Positions 9,569 to 19,581 of a stretch of 64,000 nucleotides of DNA are shown piece by piece. Position 1 is the stretch's first letter. Each line of letters starts with the position of its first letter. The stretch lies in NCBI GenBank assembly GCA_963701185.1, contig OY969569.1:34865-98864 (forward strand). Reading direction: 5' to 3'. The position numbers and the translations under genes were made by a program. The notes under the pieces are model-generated. The model saw only the letters and a list, made by a program, of their open reading frames with translations. It searched no databases and had not been told where the DNA came from. The DNA comes from Candidatus Gottesmanbacteria bacterium (GTDB taxonomy: Bacteria; Patescibacteriota; Microgenomatia; UBA10105; UBA927).

Positions 9569-10852
9569 AGCTTCCCGCTCGTTTTTAAGTTTTCCGGATT
9601 CGACTTCGGCGAATAGGTCATTCAGCGTTTTTCCGATAACCGGACCGGGTTTGACGTTGAGGGATTTCATAACGTCATGACCGTCGATTTTGAGGTCGGC
9701 AACGGTGAAGGGTTGTTTTTGGACTTCCTCGAGCCGTTTCTTAAAGAGTTCCATGCGCCACGATGTTTCCGCCGCCCCGCCGCCTAAACGGTCGCCGGTC
9801 CGCAGCGCCAGCATGTCGGCAAGATTTTCTTTTCCTACATGCCGGATAAAGCGCCGGAGGGCGGAATCCGTTTGCCGCTCATCAACCGTAAACTGGTGCC
9901 ACCGGATAAGCGTAAGAATACGCTCCGTATCTTTATTGGAAAATCGCAAACGCATAAGAATATTTTTTGCAAGTTTTGTGCCAACCATTTCGTGATTATA
10001 AAACGTAATAATAGTATTAATATTTTTTACGGTTTTCACCTTGCCAATGTCGTGGAGTAAGGTAGCCAGGCGAACGATGGGATCTTTGGATGGGCAGAGC
10101 TTCATTGCCATGACGCTGTGGGTGCCCACGTCGTAGATATGATGCCGCGCCGGACTTTTTTGCCCGATTGCGAATGCCGCGTCAAGTTCCGGAATAATGA
10201 TTTTTAATAACCCCGTTTGTTTGAGAAGCAGGATTCCGTCGGCGGCAAACGGGGAGGCAAGGATCCGCAACAGCTCATCGTGCACGCGTTCGGCGGAAAT
10301 ATCCGTGATAAGTTTCGCGTTGGTTTTAATGGCCGCAAGCGTTGCCGGCTCGATCATGAAGCCCAACTCCGACGCAATACGGACGGCCCGCATCTCACGG
10401 AGCGCATCTTCCTCAATTCTTTTGTTCGGCTCTCCCACGGCGCGGATAATTTTATTTTTCAAATCCTCCTGCCCGTGATACGGATCCACGAATTTTTTTC
10501 CGTCGTAGGCGATTGCATTGATCGTAAAATCCCGGCGCGAAAGATCCTCTTCAAGCGTTTTGCCCCAGTGAATGACGTCCGGGTGCCGGTGGTCCTTGTA
10601 TCCTTTTTCACTCCGGTACGTCGTTACTTCATACACATCCTCCGGTTGTTTTATCCCGACGGTCCCGAACTGGTTATCATAGAAACTATCAGGAAACAGT
10701 TTGAGGATCTCTTCCGGTGTCGCATTGGTCGTAAAATCCCACCCGTGTGTCGGACGGTTCATAAGAATATCCCGTACACTCCCTCCGACCGCATACGCTT
10801 CAAACCCGGCTTTTTTCAAGGTGTCAATAATTGATTGTGGGAATCCAGTCAT
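9521..10852 (-). CDS. cca: CCA tRNA nucleotidyltransferase with an HD domain
   Basis: GGSVRDILMNRPTHGWDFTT polymerase-beta head; HD motif LHDIGKVKT; internal start MTGFPQS (10852) preferred over 10888. Confidence 0.85.
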   Translation of the reverse strand: MTGFPQSIIDTLKKAGFEAYAVGGSVRDILMNRPTHGWDFTTNATPEEILKLFPDSFYDNQFGTVGIKQPEDVYEVTTYRSEKGYKDHRHPDVIHWGKTLEEDLSRRDFTINAIAYDGKKFVDPYHGQEDLKNKIIRAVGEPNKRIEEDALREMRAVRIASELGFMIEPATLAAIKTNAKLITDISAERVHDELLRILASPFAADGILLLKQTGLLKIIIPELDAAFAIGQKSPARHHIYDVGTHSVMAMKLCPSKDPIVRLATLLHDIGKVKTVKNINTIITFYNHEMVGTKLAKNILMRLRFSNKDTERILTLIRWHQFTVDERQTDSALRRFIRHVGKENLADMLALRTGDRLGGGAAETSWRMELFKKRLEEVQKQPFTVADLKIDGHDVMKSLNVKPGPVIGKTLNDLFAEVESGKLKNEREALLTRLSSLLPSVPQN

Positions 10853-10870
10853 ACTGCTATTATATCCTTT

Positions 10871-12460
10871 ATGAAGAAGAAGTGGCACATTTTGAGTACA
10901 TACAATGACGATATTACCGGAATTTTATTAAAAAATCGCAGTGTTGATGATACATTTCTTCATCCGAAAGATCCGGGCGAGTTTACTGCAAAAGACGTCG
11001 GCATTGACCCCGCGTCACTAAAAAAAGCCATCACAAGAATCCATAAAGCCGTCAAAGATAAAGAATCCATTGTCGTGTATGCGGATTACGACGCGGACGG
11101 CATTACGGCAGGCGCCATCATGTGGGAGACGATTCATGCGATGGGAGGGGTAGTCATGCCATACATTCCCCACAGAGTAGAGGAGGGATACGGATTATCT
11201 GTCAAAGGAATTGATGCAGTGCGGCAGCAGTTTGACCCAACGCTTATTATCACCGTCGATCACGGGATAACCGCGCATGAGAAAGTTGCCTATGCAAAAT
11301 CATTAGGAATTGATGTCATCGTGACAGATCATCATGTAAAGCCGGATAAATTGCCTGATTGCATCATCGTTCATACGACAAGCCTTTGTGGCGCCGGGGT
11401 GTCATGGTTTGTGGCTTCGGCATTGTCAGGCGGGAATGACAAATTAGAATTAGCTGCCATCGGAACAATCGCTGATCTGGTGCCCTTAGTCGGCCCGAAT
11501 CGATCCATCGTAAAGTATGGTATTGATCAATTACGGAAAACAAAGCGTGTGGGTCTTACAGCATTAATAAAAGACGCAGGTGTCGTACCGGAAGATATCT
11601 CTACGTATACGGTTTCCCATATGATTGCACCCAGACTAAACGCCATGGGCCGGCTGGTACATGCCATGGATGCACTACGGCTTTTGTGTACACACAGCAA
11701 AGATAAAGCAGGATTGTTGGCGCAAAAACTCGGGTTAACCAATCGGGAACGCCAGCAGCTTACTATTAATACGACCTCCCATGCCCTACGAGGACTCTCC
11801 TTGAAGACCCATAATAAACTTATTTTTATTTCTCACGAAACATATAATCCCGGCGTTATCGGACTTGTGGCCGGGAAATTGGTTGAGGAATATTATCGGC
11901 CGGCGATTGTGATTTCGCAGGGACCGGAAATATCCAAAGGATCGGCGCGCTCCATCGCGGGATTTAATATTATTGAAACAATCAAACGGTTCAGTGATTT
12001 ATTGGTGGACGCCGGCGGCCACCCGATGGCGGCAGGCTTTACGATAAAGACGAAAAACGTTGATGTGTTGAAATCAAAAATGGAAGCATACGTGGAAAAA
12101 AACCTTAAAGATGAACTCCTGACGCGGGAACTGCGCATTGACATGGAACTTCCGCTGACCGCGGTACGTAAAGAGCTTTGGCAGGACCTCCGTGATTTCG
12201 AACCGTTCGGGTTCGGCAGTCCCGAGCCGGTGTTTGCCGCACGCGGCGTGATTGTTGAGGACGTACGGTTGGTCGGTGCTGACGGTAAACATCTCAAACT
12301 GCGCGTATCGTCGTTTGATGCCATAGCATTCAATATGGGACATATGTCCGCCAAATTGAAAAAAGGAACTAGTATCGACATTGCCTACACCGTCGATATG
12401 AACGTCTGGAACGGAAGAAAAAGTCTCCAATTGAAGCTGCGGGATATCATGGTACAATAA
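10871..12460 (+). CDS. recJ: Single-stranded-DNA-specific exonuclease RecJ (DHH/DHHA1)
   Basis: DHH motifs VVYADYDADGIT, ITVDHG and VTDHH; DHHA1 GGHPMAAG. Confidence 0.85.
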   Translation: MKKKWHILSTYNDDITGILLKNRSVDDTFLHPKDPGEFTAKDVGIDPASLKKAITRIHKAVKDKESIVVYADYDADGITAGAIMWETIHAMGGVVMPYIPHRVEEGYGLSVKGIDAVRQQFDPTLIITVDHGITAHEKVAYAKSLGIDVIVTDHHVKPDKLPDCIIVHTTSLCGAGVSWFVASALSGGNDKLELAAIGTIADLVPLVGPNRSIVKYGIDQLRKTKRVGLTALIKDAGVVPEDISTYTVSHMIAPRLNAMGRLVHAMDALRLLCTHSKDKAGLLAQKLGLTNRERQQLTINTTSHALRGLSLKTHNKLIFISHETYNPGVIGLVAGKLVEEYYRPAIVISQGPEISKGSARSIAGFNIIETIKRFSDLLVDAGGHPMAAGFTIKTKNVDVLKSKMEAYVEKNLKDELLTRELRIDMELPLTAVRKELWQDLRDFEPFGFGSPEPVFAARGVIVEDVRLVGADGKHLKLRVSSFDAIAFNMGHMSAKLKKGTSIDIAYTVDMNVWNGRKSLQLKLRDIMVQ

Positions 12461-12469
12461 GCTATAGAT

Positions 12470-13846
12470 ATGAGAACGTTATCCTCTGATACTGTTGGCA
12501 AAATCGGTAAAGAAGTAAAACTTCAGGGGTGGGTGAATGCCAGGCGCGATCACGGGAAGATCATGTTTTTGGATCTGCGGGACCGCGGCGGGTTGGTACA
12601 GTTAGTAGGCACTCCCGTTGATGCCGGACCCGAGGATGTTATTGAAGTGACCGGCATGGTAAAAAATCGGCCGGAGGCGATGATTAATCCGAAAATAAGC
12701 TCCGGAACCGTTGAGGTAGAAATTATAAAACTGGTTATTTTAGCGAAAGCAAAAGAGCTTCCGTTTCCCATCGATACTGATGGCTACGAGATTAATGAAG
12801 AGATCCGTTCAAAATACCGCTACCTTGATCTTCGCCGCCCGCGTATGGCAAAAAACATGCGTATGCGCTCGATCGTTGTCGCGTATATCCGGAATTTTTT
12901 GCTCGGGCAGGATTTTGTCGAAATAGAGACGCCGATATTAACCAAAACCACGCCCGAAGGCGCCAGGGATTTCCTCGTGCCCTCCCGCCTCCAGCCGGGG
13001 AAATTTTATGCACTGCCGCAGTCCCCGCAACAGTATAAGCAGCTTCTCATGGTCGCGGGATTTGAACGGTATTTTCAGATAGCGCGGTGTTTCCGCGATG
13101 AGGATCCGCGCCGCGACCGTGCATACGGGGAATTTACGCAATTGGATCTTGAGATGTCCTTTGTAACACAGGAAGATATTCTCCGGCTTACGGAAGAATT
13201 GTTTTCCTCTCTTGTTGCAAAAATATTTCCTCAAAAACATATCACCCAGTCGCCGTGGCCGAGACTCGCGCACGCAGACGTTATGAAAAAATACGGCACG
13301 GACAAGCCGGATTTACGCAAAGATAAGAATGATCCGGATGAACTGGCCTTCAGCTGGACTCTCGATTTTCCGTTGTTTACCCAGCAATCGGACAAAGATT
13401 TCTTTTTCGGATCGGGCAAAGCGAAATTTGCCCCATCGCATCACATGTTTACCGCTCCGCACCCTGATGATGTGGCGCTTTTGGATACAAATCCCATGAA
13501 AGTCAGGGGGCTGCAGCATGATTTAGTTCTCAACGGCTTTGAAGTCGGGGGAGGAAGTATCCGTATTCACGAGGCAAAGATTCAGGAAAAAGTATTTGAC
13601 CTCATCGGATTTACCGATGCTCAAAAAAAGGATTTTTCCCACATGCTCACCGCGTTTACCTACGGCGTGCCGCCGCACGGGGGGATTGCGCCCGGTATTG
13701 ACCGGTTTATGATGACCGTATTGGGAGAGCCCAGTGTCCGGGAGGTTATGGCGTACCCCACATCCGCTTCCGGCCAAATCAGTGTCATGGATGCCCCCAG
13801 TGCGGCATCGAAAGAGCAATTGAAAGAATTAGGCATTAAGGTGTAA
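12470..13846 (+). CDS. aspS: Aspartate--tRNA ligase, compact type lacking the GAD domain
   Basis: N-terminal OB fold, class II motif 2 FRDED..R..EFTQLD, motif 3 GGGSIRIHE; 458 aa. Confidence 0.85.
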   Translation: MRTLSSDTVGKIGKEVKLQGWVNARRDHGKIMFLDLRDRGGLVQLVGTPVDAGPEDVIEVTGMVKNRPEAMINPKISSGTVEVEIIKLVILAKAKELPFPIDTDGYEINEEIRSKYRYLDLRRPRMAKNMRMRSIVVAYIRNFLLGQDFVEIETPILTKTTPEGARDFLVPSRLQPGKFYALPQSPQQYKQLLMVAGFERYFQIARCFRDEDPRRDRAYGEFTQLDLEMSFVTQEDILRLTEELFSSLVAKIFPQKHITQSPWPRLAHADVMKKYGTDKPDLRKDKNDPDELAFSWTLDFPLFTQQSDKDFFFGSGKAKFAPSHHMFTAPHPDDVALLDTNPMKVRGLQHDLVLNGFEVGGGSIRIHEAKIQEKVFDLIGFTDAQKKDFSHMLTAFTYGVPPHGGIAPGIDRFMMTVLGEPSVREVMAYPTSASGQISVMDAPSAASKEQLKELGIKV

Positions 13847-13850
13847 TCAC

Positions 13851-14810
13851 ATGGCGAAGAAAAAAACTGATAAACACCCGTGGTGGCGAGTCTCATGGGG
13901 GAATATTTTATTTTTGATTATTTTGGGCGTGTTTGTGGTGTTATCGCCGGGACAAAATATATATCTCATGTCCAGAAGATCGGAAGAACGCCTCCTGCCG
14001 CCCTGGCCGATCCCGGTTCCTACTCCCGCCCCTTACCCGGTGAATAGTACAGGCGTATATCCCGGACCGGAAATTACTGCAACCGGTGTGGTTGTACTGG
14101 ATATGGATTCGGGTGTATTCCTGTATAAACGGAATGAAAATACAGAGCTATCTCCCGCATCTACGACAAAACTGCTCACCGCTCTTATAGTTCTTGATAA
14201 CTTCAATCTGGACGATGTGGTGACGGTAAAAGAAATGAATATAGACGGACAGTCGATGGGATTGGTTCCAGGGGAAAGAATGACAGTAGAAAATCTCCTG
14301 TATGGCACTCTTATTTATTCAGGCAATGATGCTGCCTGGACGCTCGCTGAGTATTATCCGGGTGGGGAGCCGAAATTCGTGGAAGCCATGAATGCTAAAG
14401 CGAGGGAGCTGCATCTGACGCACAGTACATTTACCAATCCCGTGGGGTATGACGACCCGAATCATAAAATGACACCGGTAGATCTGGCCTTCTTAGGGGA
14501 AGCGGCGCTCAATAACAAAACAATTGCTAAAATGGTCGCCATACCGGAGATTACCATTTCCGACGTTTCCCACACGTATTTCCACCAGTTAAAAAACGTG
14601 AATGAACTGTTAGGGAAAATTCCGGGCGTCGGCGGCATCAAGACCGGCTGGACGGAAGGAGCGGGGGAAAATCTCATTACCATGGTGGAGCGGAGCGGTC
14701 ACAAACTTATCATCGTCACCCTTCATAGTCAGGACCGTTTCGGCGACACATCCAAGCTTATCGATTGGATCTTCGGGAACTATCAGTGGAACCTACTGAA
14801 CCCAGGATGA
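13851..14810 (+). CDS. D-alanyl-D-alanine carboxypeptidase (S11, PBP5-like)
   Basis: SxxK (ASTTKLLT), SGN (YSGNDAA) and KTG (IKTGWT) motifs; N-terminal TM. Confidence 0.8.
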   Translation: MAKKKTDKHPWWRVSWGNILFLIILGVFVVLSPGQNIYLMSRRSEERLLPPWPIPVPTPAPYPVNSTGVYPGPEITATGVVVLDMDSGVFLYKRNENTELSPASTTKLLTALIVLDNFNLDDVVTVKEMNIDGQSMGLVPGERMTVENLLYGTLIYSGNDAAWTLAEYYPGGEPKFVEAMNAKARELHLTHSTFTNPVGYDDPNHKMTPVDLAFLGEAALNNKTIAKMVAIPEITISDVSHTYFHQLKNVNELLGKIPGVGGIKTGWTEGAGENLITMVERSGHKLIIVTLHSQDRFGDTSKLIDWIFGNYQWNLLNPG

Positions 14811-15845
14811 AGAAACCGCAGGGACGTAGGCACGGAATCCGTTATCCCCGTCAAAGACAAAAATAGGTTGCAGGTATGTTTGTGGGTCGAATGAATCGTA
14901 GTATGCGAGATAGATATTCCGGACAACCGCAACTGTCCCGTTTGTCGGGTACCGTACAATATATCCTTTGCCGCTTTGCAGTTCTTCCCAGGCCTGTTCA
15001 CTGGTTTTTAACGCATATGTTGCTGTCGTCTGGTAGTCAATCGGCCAGAATGTATAGGCAAACTGAATAATCCTTTTTTTTGCATCGGGTGAGCCGCTGA
15101 AGATGATGGATACGGGAGCCTGATCCGCAAAGGGCGTCAGTACAGGCGTATTTCCGATCGGCTTCCGGAAAAAATCTATCCGTTCGGCATCTGCCTGGGA
15201 AAGGCTGGTGGTGCCGACCAGTTGCGTCCCGTTAAGCTTCAGGAAGAGTATTTCATTGGTTCCCCCTGCGAGATCTTCGGGATACAGGGTATGTGACGCG
15301 AGTAAATTAAGTGCCTCCGTGGTGCCGGTTTCCGGCAAGGGGAGGTTTTTCCCGGCAAACACCGATGGATCCTGGTCGAATGCATACCGGATGATAAAAT
15401 TATTGGATACGATATCGTATCGTAATCTTCGGAGCGGCAGTTCGGCATCATTAAAGCGGTAGATATTTTTGTTTTCCTGCACCGGAGTAGGATCAAAATT
15501 GAATCCTTTTGCAAAATCCTGTGCCTTGTTGAGTCCAAGAAGGTTTGGGGCGGTTTTGGGCATAAAATAGACGGTCGCAGAGGGAGATGCCTTGGGGACC
15601 GTGCCTTCGATGGTTTGCAACTGAAATGTCAGCTTGGCCGACGGGGTTGCCTGCAGGGGAAATACCAGGACCGGCAGTTTATCGAATACGTGATTGGGCG
15701 GCGGAGCTTTCGGGGGAAAAATAAGTAAGAAAACGGAAATGAAAATACTCCAGAAAATACGTATGAGGATGTAAGCGACGACAGCGATAATTGTCCAATT
15801 AATCGTGCGGCGTGCAAAATATGCAGTTTGAGTGAGTGATGCCAT
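14793..15845 (-). CDS. Hypothetical membrane-anchored extracellular protein
   Basis: Start placed at the internal Met (MASLTQTAYFARRTINWTIIAVVAYIL, TM) because the longer ORF would overlap divergent gltX; no recognised domain. Confidence 0.4.
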   Translation of the reverse strand: MASLTQTAYFARRTINWTIIAVVAYILIRIFWSIFISVFLLIFPPKAPPPNHVFDKLPVLVFPLQATPSAKLTFQLQTIEGTVPKASPSATVYFMPKTAPNLLGLNKAQDFAKGFNFDPTPVQENKNIYRFNDAELPLRRLRYDIVSNNFIIRYAFDQDPSVFAGKNLPLPETGTTEALNLLASHTLYPEDLAGGTNEILFLKLNGTQLVGTTSLSQADAERIDFFRKPIGNTPVLTPFADQAPVSIIFSGSPDAKKRIIQFAYTFWPIDYQTTATYALKTSEQAWEELQSGKGYIVRYPTNGTVAVVRNIYLAYYDSFDPQTYLQPIFVFDGDNGFRAYVPAVSSSWVQ

Positions 15846-15887
15846 GGCTAGTTCAGTATACGGTTCAATCGTGGTAGAATCAACAGT

Positions 15888-17204
15888 ATGAGTGCAGTGA
15901 GAACCCGTATTGCTCCGTCTCCCACCGGCCAGAATCTTCACATCGGCAATGCGTACACGGCTCTCATAAACTACGTATTTGCCAAACAAAATGGCGGGGA
16001 TTTTATTATCCGTATAGAAGATACAGACAGGACACGGCTTGTGCAAGGATCCGAGGCCCGGATACTCGCGTCACTCCGCTGGCTTGGTATTCCTCACGAT
16101 GAGGGTCCGGACATCGGCGGTCCGTATGCTCCGTACCGCCAGTCCGAACGGCTTGATATCTATACAAAATATGCAGAAGAGCTGGTAGTCGCAGGCCATG
16201 CGTATTACTGCTATTGCACACCCGAGAGACTTGAAGAAATGCGTAAAAATCAGGAATCAAAACATTTGCCCCCGATGTACGACGGATTGTGTAAACATAT
16301 AAAAGGGAAACGCGCAGGGAAGCACGTAATCCGTATGAACGTACCGGATGAGGGGACGACAATATTTCATGACGTCATACGCGGCGATATTTCATTTGAG
16401 AACAAACTGATTGACGACCAGGTGATCCTCAAATCCGATGGCTACCCGACGTATCATCTGGGTGTGGTTGTTGATGACCATATCATGAAGATTACGCACA
16501 TTATCCGCGGTGAAGAGTGGATTTCTTCAACACCGAAACATATACTTCTCTATAAATTTTTCGGGTGGGATGTGCCGCAGATTGCGCACGTATCGGTCCT
16601 GCGCAACCCCGACCGCAGTAAACTGTCCAAACGGAAAAATCCCGTCTGGGTGTCCGATTACAAAGCAAAAGGATTTGTGCCCGATGCGATCAAAAATTAC
16701 CTGGCGACCATGGCATGGAGTTATCCCGGCGGGCAGGACATCTTTTCCGTTGACGACATGATCAGGAAATTCCGGCTTGAGGATATTCAGACAACTGCCC
16801 CGATTTTTGATGTGGAGAAACTGAAATGGATGAACGGAAAGTATTTAAAAGAATCCCAGATTAACGAATTTTATAACAATACATATCCGGAAGAAAAAGT
16901 GAAGCAAATTTGGCCTTTGGTCAAAGAACGGATGAAAGTATTAACGGAATTTGAGACGCTTGCCGGATTCTTTTTCGAGAGACCTCAAAGGCACGACGTC
17001 CGACCCGAACTTCGTACTGCGTTGGAATCCTGTGAGTGGACTCATGATGCAATGGAAAAGGCAATAAGAAAAATTGCCGGAAAAAATGTCAAAGAGGTAT
17101 TTATGGAACTGCGCGTCGCAGTTACCGGTAAAACCGTGGGCCCGCCGCTTTTGGAATCGATGGAAATCCTCGGAAAAGAAGAAACGCTCGCGCGGATTAC
17201 ATAA
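15888..17204 (+). CDS. gltX: Glutamate--tRNA ligase (short form)
   Basis: HIGH motif PSPTGQNLHIGNA, IRIEDTDRTR, KMSKS variant KLSKR; 438 aa. Confidence 0.85.
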   Translation: MSAVRTRIAPSPTGQNLHIGNAYTALINYVFAKQNGGDFIIRIEDTDRTRLVQGSEARILASLRWLGIPHDEGPDIGGPYAPYRQSERLDIYTKYAEELVVAGHAYYCYCTPERLEEMRKNQESKHLPPMYDGLCKHIKGKRAGKHVIRMNVPDEGTTIFHDVIRGDISFENKLIDDQVILKSDGYPTYHLGVVVDDHIMKITHIIRGEEWISSTPKHILLYKFFGWDVPQIAHVSVLRNPDRSKLSKRKNPVWVSDYKAKGFVPDAIKNYLATMAWSYPGGQDIFSVDDMIRKFRLEDIQTTAPIFDVEKLKWMNGKYLKESQINEFYNNTYPEEKVKQIWPLVKERMKVLTEFETLAGFFFERPQRHDVRPELRTALESCEWTHDAMEKAIRKIAGKNVKEVFMELRVAVTGKTVGPPLLESMEILGKEETLARIT

Positions 17205-17517
17205 TTTCTTCTACTTTCATAAATTCAATCGCAGGTTCTTCATAGGGATGGACTTTCTTTATCGCCGTTTTTACTTCTTTTACTTTATTTTCCGGGCAAA
17301 TTATTTCAATTTTTACTTCTTGAACCTGCGAAAGGGTTCCAACTTTACCGATCGTGGGATGTGCGCCTTCTTCGCTTTTCCACTGGCTTACGCATTTTAT
17401 GATTGATGCGCAATGAGAATAATTGCCCAGGATTCCCGCGCCTGCGCCAGATGCAGCGTTAATGATTTTGTCGATTATTTTTGGATTATCCGGACAAAAT
17501 ATATAGAGTTTATACAT
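17197..17517 (-). CDS. Small CutA/PII-like fold protein (Nif3-related, COG3323-like)
   Basis: AASGAGAGILGNYSHCAS and HPYEEP motifs; translationally coupled downstream of era. Confidence 0.35.
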   Translation of the reverse strand: MYKLYIFCPDNPKIIDKIINAASGAGAGILGNYSHCASIIKCVSQWKSEEGAHPTIGKVGTLSQVQEVKIEIICPENKVKEVKTAIKKVHPYEEPAIEFMKVEEIM

Positions 17518-18370
17518 ATTCCATCCAGTGGGGGTCGGTGACGACCGTCAGCTCCAGGAAGATTTTCTTTTCCGTTGCGGTTTCCAATTCTTTTCGTGCC
17601 GCCTGGCTTATTTCCTTGATCATCGCCCCTGCATGCCCGATGATCATGGCTTTATACCGGTCGGCAGATGTCACGATTTTTGCTTTGATGTAAACCGTTC
17701 CGTTATCCCGCTCGATGACTTCATCAACTGTTGACGCCAGCGTGTAGGGCACTTCATCGCGCAAAAACAAAAATGCTTTTTCCCGGATGATTTCGGCAAT
17801 AAATAATTTACTGTCCATGTTCAGGGCCGGCTGGGCAAGCGTCGTCCTGTCAACAAGTTCTTTTCCTTCAGGAAGAAGGTCAAACAGAGTTGTCAGAAGA
17901 ATATTCGTATTCTTGTGGGCAAGAGCGGAGAGCATGATGACTGTCGTAAACTCATCTTCCAGAAATTTATACTGCACGATATGCGTGGGCGTATGGATAT
18001 CTGTCTTGTTGATGACGAGAATTTTCGGCCCGTTGAATTTACGGACAATACCCAGCGCCTTGTTTTCTTCGGTATCCCGTTCCCTGGTATGGTCCACCAT
18101 GTATACGACGACATCCACTCCGCGGTCCAATGCCCCTTCCGTCCGCTGGTTGATGCGTTTGGATAGCGTATCGGGTGTCCTGCCGAATATTCCGGGAGTA
18201 TCGACGAAAATAATCTGGCCGCGGTCATCCTCGTAGACCGCCTGGATGTTAAACCGCGTGGTTTGCGGTTTGGGGCTGGTAATAGATACCTTGTGTCCCA
18301 AAAGGGTATTCAGGAGAGTGGATTTGCCGACATTCGGCCGGCCGATTAAAGCGACAACACCGGATTTCAT
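17510..18370 (-). CDS. era: GTPase Era
   Basis: G1 GRPNVGKST, G3 DTPG, G4 NKTD; C-terminal KH domain. Confidence 0.9.
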   Translation of the reverse strand: MKSGVVALIGRPNVGKSTLLNTLLGHKVSITSPKPQTTRFNIQAVYEDDRGQIIFVDTPGIFGRTPDTLSKRINQRTEGALDRGVDVVVYMVDHTRERDTEENKALGIVRKFNGPKILVINKTDIHTPTHIVQYKFLEDEFTTVIMLSALAHKNTNILLTTLFDLLPEGKELVDRTTLAQPALNMDSKLFIAEIIREKAFLFLRDEVPYTLASTVDEVIERDNGTVYIKAKIVTSADRYKAMIIGHAGAMIKEISQAARKELETATEKKIFLELTVVTDPHWMEYV

Positions 18371-18399
18371 GCTTGTATTGTACTATAATCAGCCGATGT

Positions 18400-19149
18400 A
18401 TGGATGGTAAGAAGATCCGGAAGTTCCGCGCCATGATATTTCGCTGGTGGAAAACACACAGCCGCGATCTCCCGTGGCGCCGTACGCACGACCCCTATAA
18501 GATCCTTATTTCGGAGGTTATGCTGCAGCAAACTCAAGTGTCGCGGGTATTACCAAAATACAAGGAGTTTTTAAAAAAATTTCCTTCTTTGTCAGAGCTA
18601 CAGAAATCGTCAACGGCAGATGTTCTCAAAGCGTGGCGGGGCATGGGATATAATCGTAGGGCACTATATCTTAAAAAAATACGTACTATACCATCAACAG
18701 AAAAAGAACTTATGACACTGCCAGGAATAGGGAAATATACGGCACGCGCAATTCTCGTGTTTGCGTTTAAAAAAGATATTGCGGCGGTTGATACAAATAT
18801 CCGGCAGATTATTACACATTTCTTTTTTGATGATAAAGAGCAAAAAGAAAAAGTTATTCAGGAGGTCGCGGATAAACTTTTACCAAAGGGAAAATCCTGG
18901 GAATGGCACCAGGCGCTGATGGACTTTGGCGCGCTTGAATTGCCGAAATTAAACATAAAAAAAATTATCAAAAAACCCAGTATTCCGTTTAAACAATCCA
19001 ACCGGTACATCAGGGGGAAAATTATGAACATGCTGCGGGAAGGGAAAATAACGGAACCGCAGGGATTTACAAAGGTGATTGACGGTTTAGTAAAAGACGG
19101 ATTAGTTGAAAGGAAAAACGGGAAGATTCAATTACCCGACGGATACTAG
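18400..19149 (+). CDS. HhH-GPD DNA glycosylase (MutY/Nth family, lacks the Fe-S Cys cluster)
   Basis: WWKTHSRDLPWRRTHDPYKILISEVMLQQTQVSRV matches the MutY/EndoIII N-terminus; HhH LPGIGKYTA; no C-x6-C-x2-C-x5-C; TATAAT at 18384-18389 a few nt upstream. Confidence 0.7.
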   Translation: MDGKKIRKFRAMIFRWWKTHSRDLPWRRTHDPYKILISEVMLQQTQVSRVLPKYKEFLKKFPSLSELQKSSTADVLKAWRGMGYNRRALYLKKIRTIPSTEKELMTLPGIGKYTARAILVFAFKKDIAAVDTNIRQIITHFFFDDKEQKEKVIQEVADKLLPKGKSWEWHQALMDFGALELPKLNIKKIIKKPSIPFKQSNRYIRGKIMNMLREGKITEPQGFTKVIDGLVKDGLVERKNGKIQLPDGY

Positions 19150-19581
19150 GGTATATTTTTTTATTCCTTTTGGCGTTATGACTTCCACCGTATCACCTGC
19201 TTTTTTCCCGACAACCGCACGGCCCAAGGGAGATTGCGGTGAGATGGTCTTTTTTGTTGGATCCGATTCAAATCCTCCGACAACAGTATATTCAAATTCT
19301 TGTGTTCCGTCCGTAAGTTTTACCCGCGTGGGTGTAATTATTTTAGCGAGCTTAATGAGCCGCTCCACGCGGTGGATACGGGAATCCAAAAATGAAAGTT
19401 GCTGCCGGGATGCCTTGTAATATCCGTTTTCCGACAAATCGCCCATAGCACGGGATTCCGAGAGATTCTTAACAGCTTCCGGACGTGCCGCCAGAAATTT
19501 CTTCCTGTCGTCCAGCAATTTTTGGTAGCCTTCGGCAGTTACAGGAATTTGAGGTTCCCGTTTACGCAGCAATTTTTTCAT
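19132..19581 (-). CDS. greA: Transcription elongation factor GreA (copy 1)
   Basis: N-terminal coiled coil with acidic tip (GDLSENGYYKA) and FKBP-like C-domain. Confidence 0.85.
   Translation of the reverse strand: MKKLLRKREPQIPVTAEGYQKLLDDRKKFLAARPEAVKNLSESRAMGDLSENGYYKASRQQLSFLDSRIHRVERLIKLAKIITPTRVKLTDGTQEFEYTVVGGFESDPTKKTISPQSPLGRAVVGKKAGDTVEVITPKGIKKYTLVSVG

Noticed and set aside
10217-10834. Long antisense ORFs inside cca (10217-10834), secD (8172-8612), PAP2 (24756-25340), obg (19996-20544) and lon (38045-38587)
   Set aside because: They are fully embedded in strongly supported genes on the opposite strand, and their translations lack domain signals. Typical shadow ORFs for a mid-GC genome.
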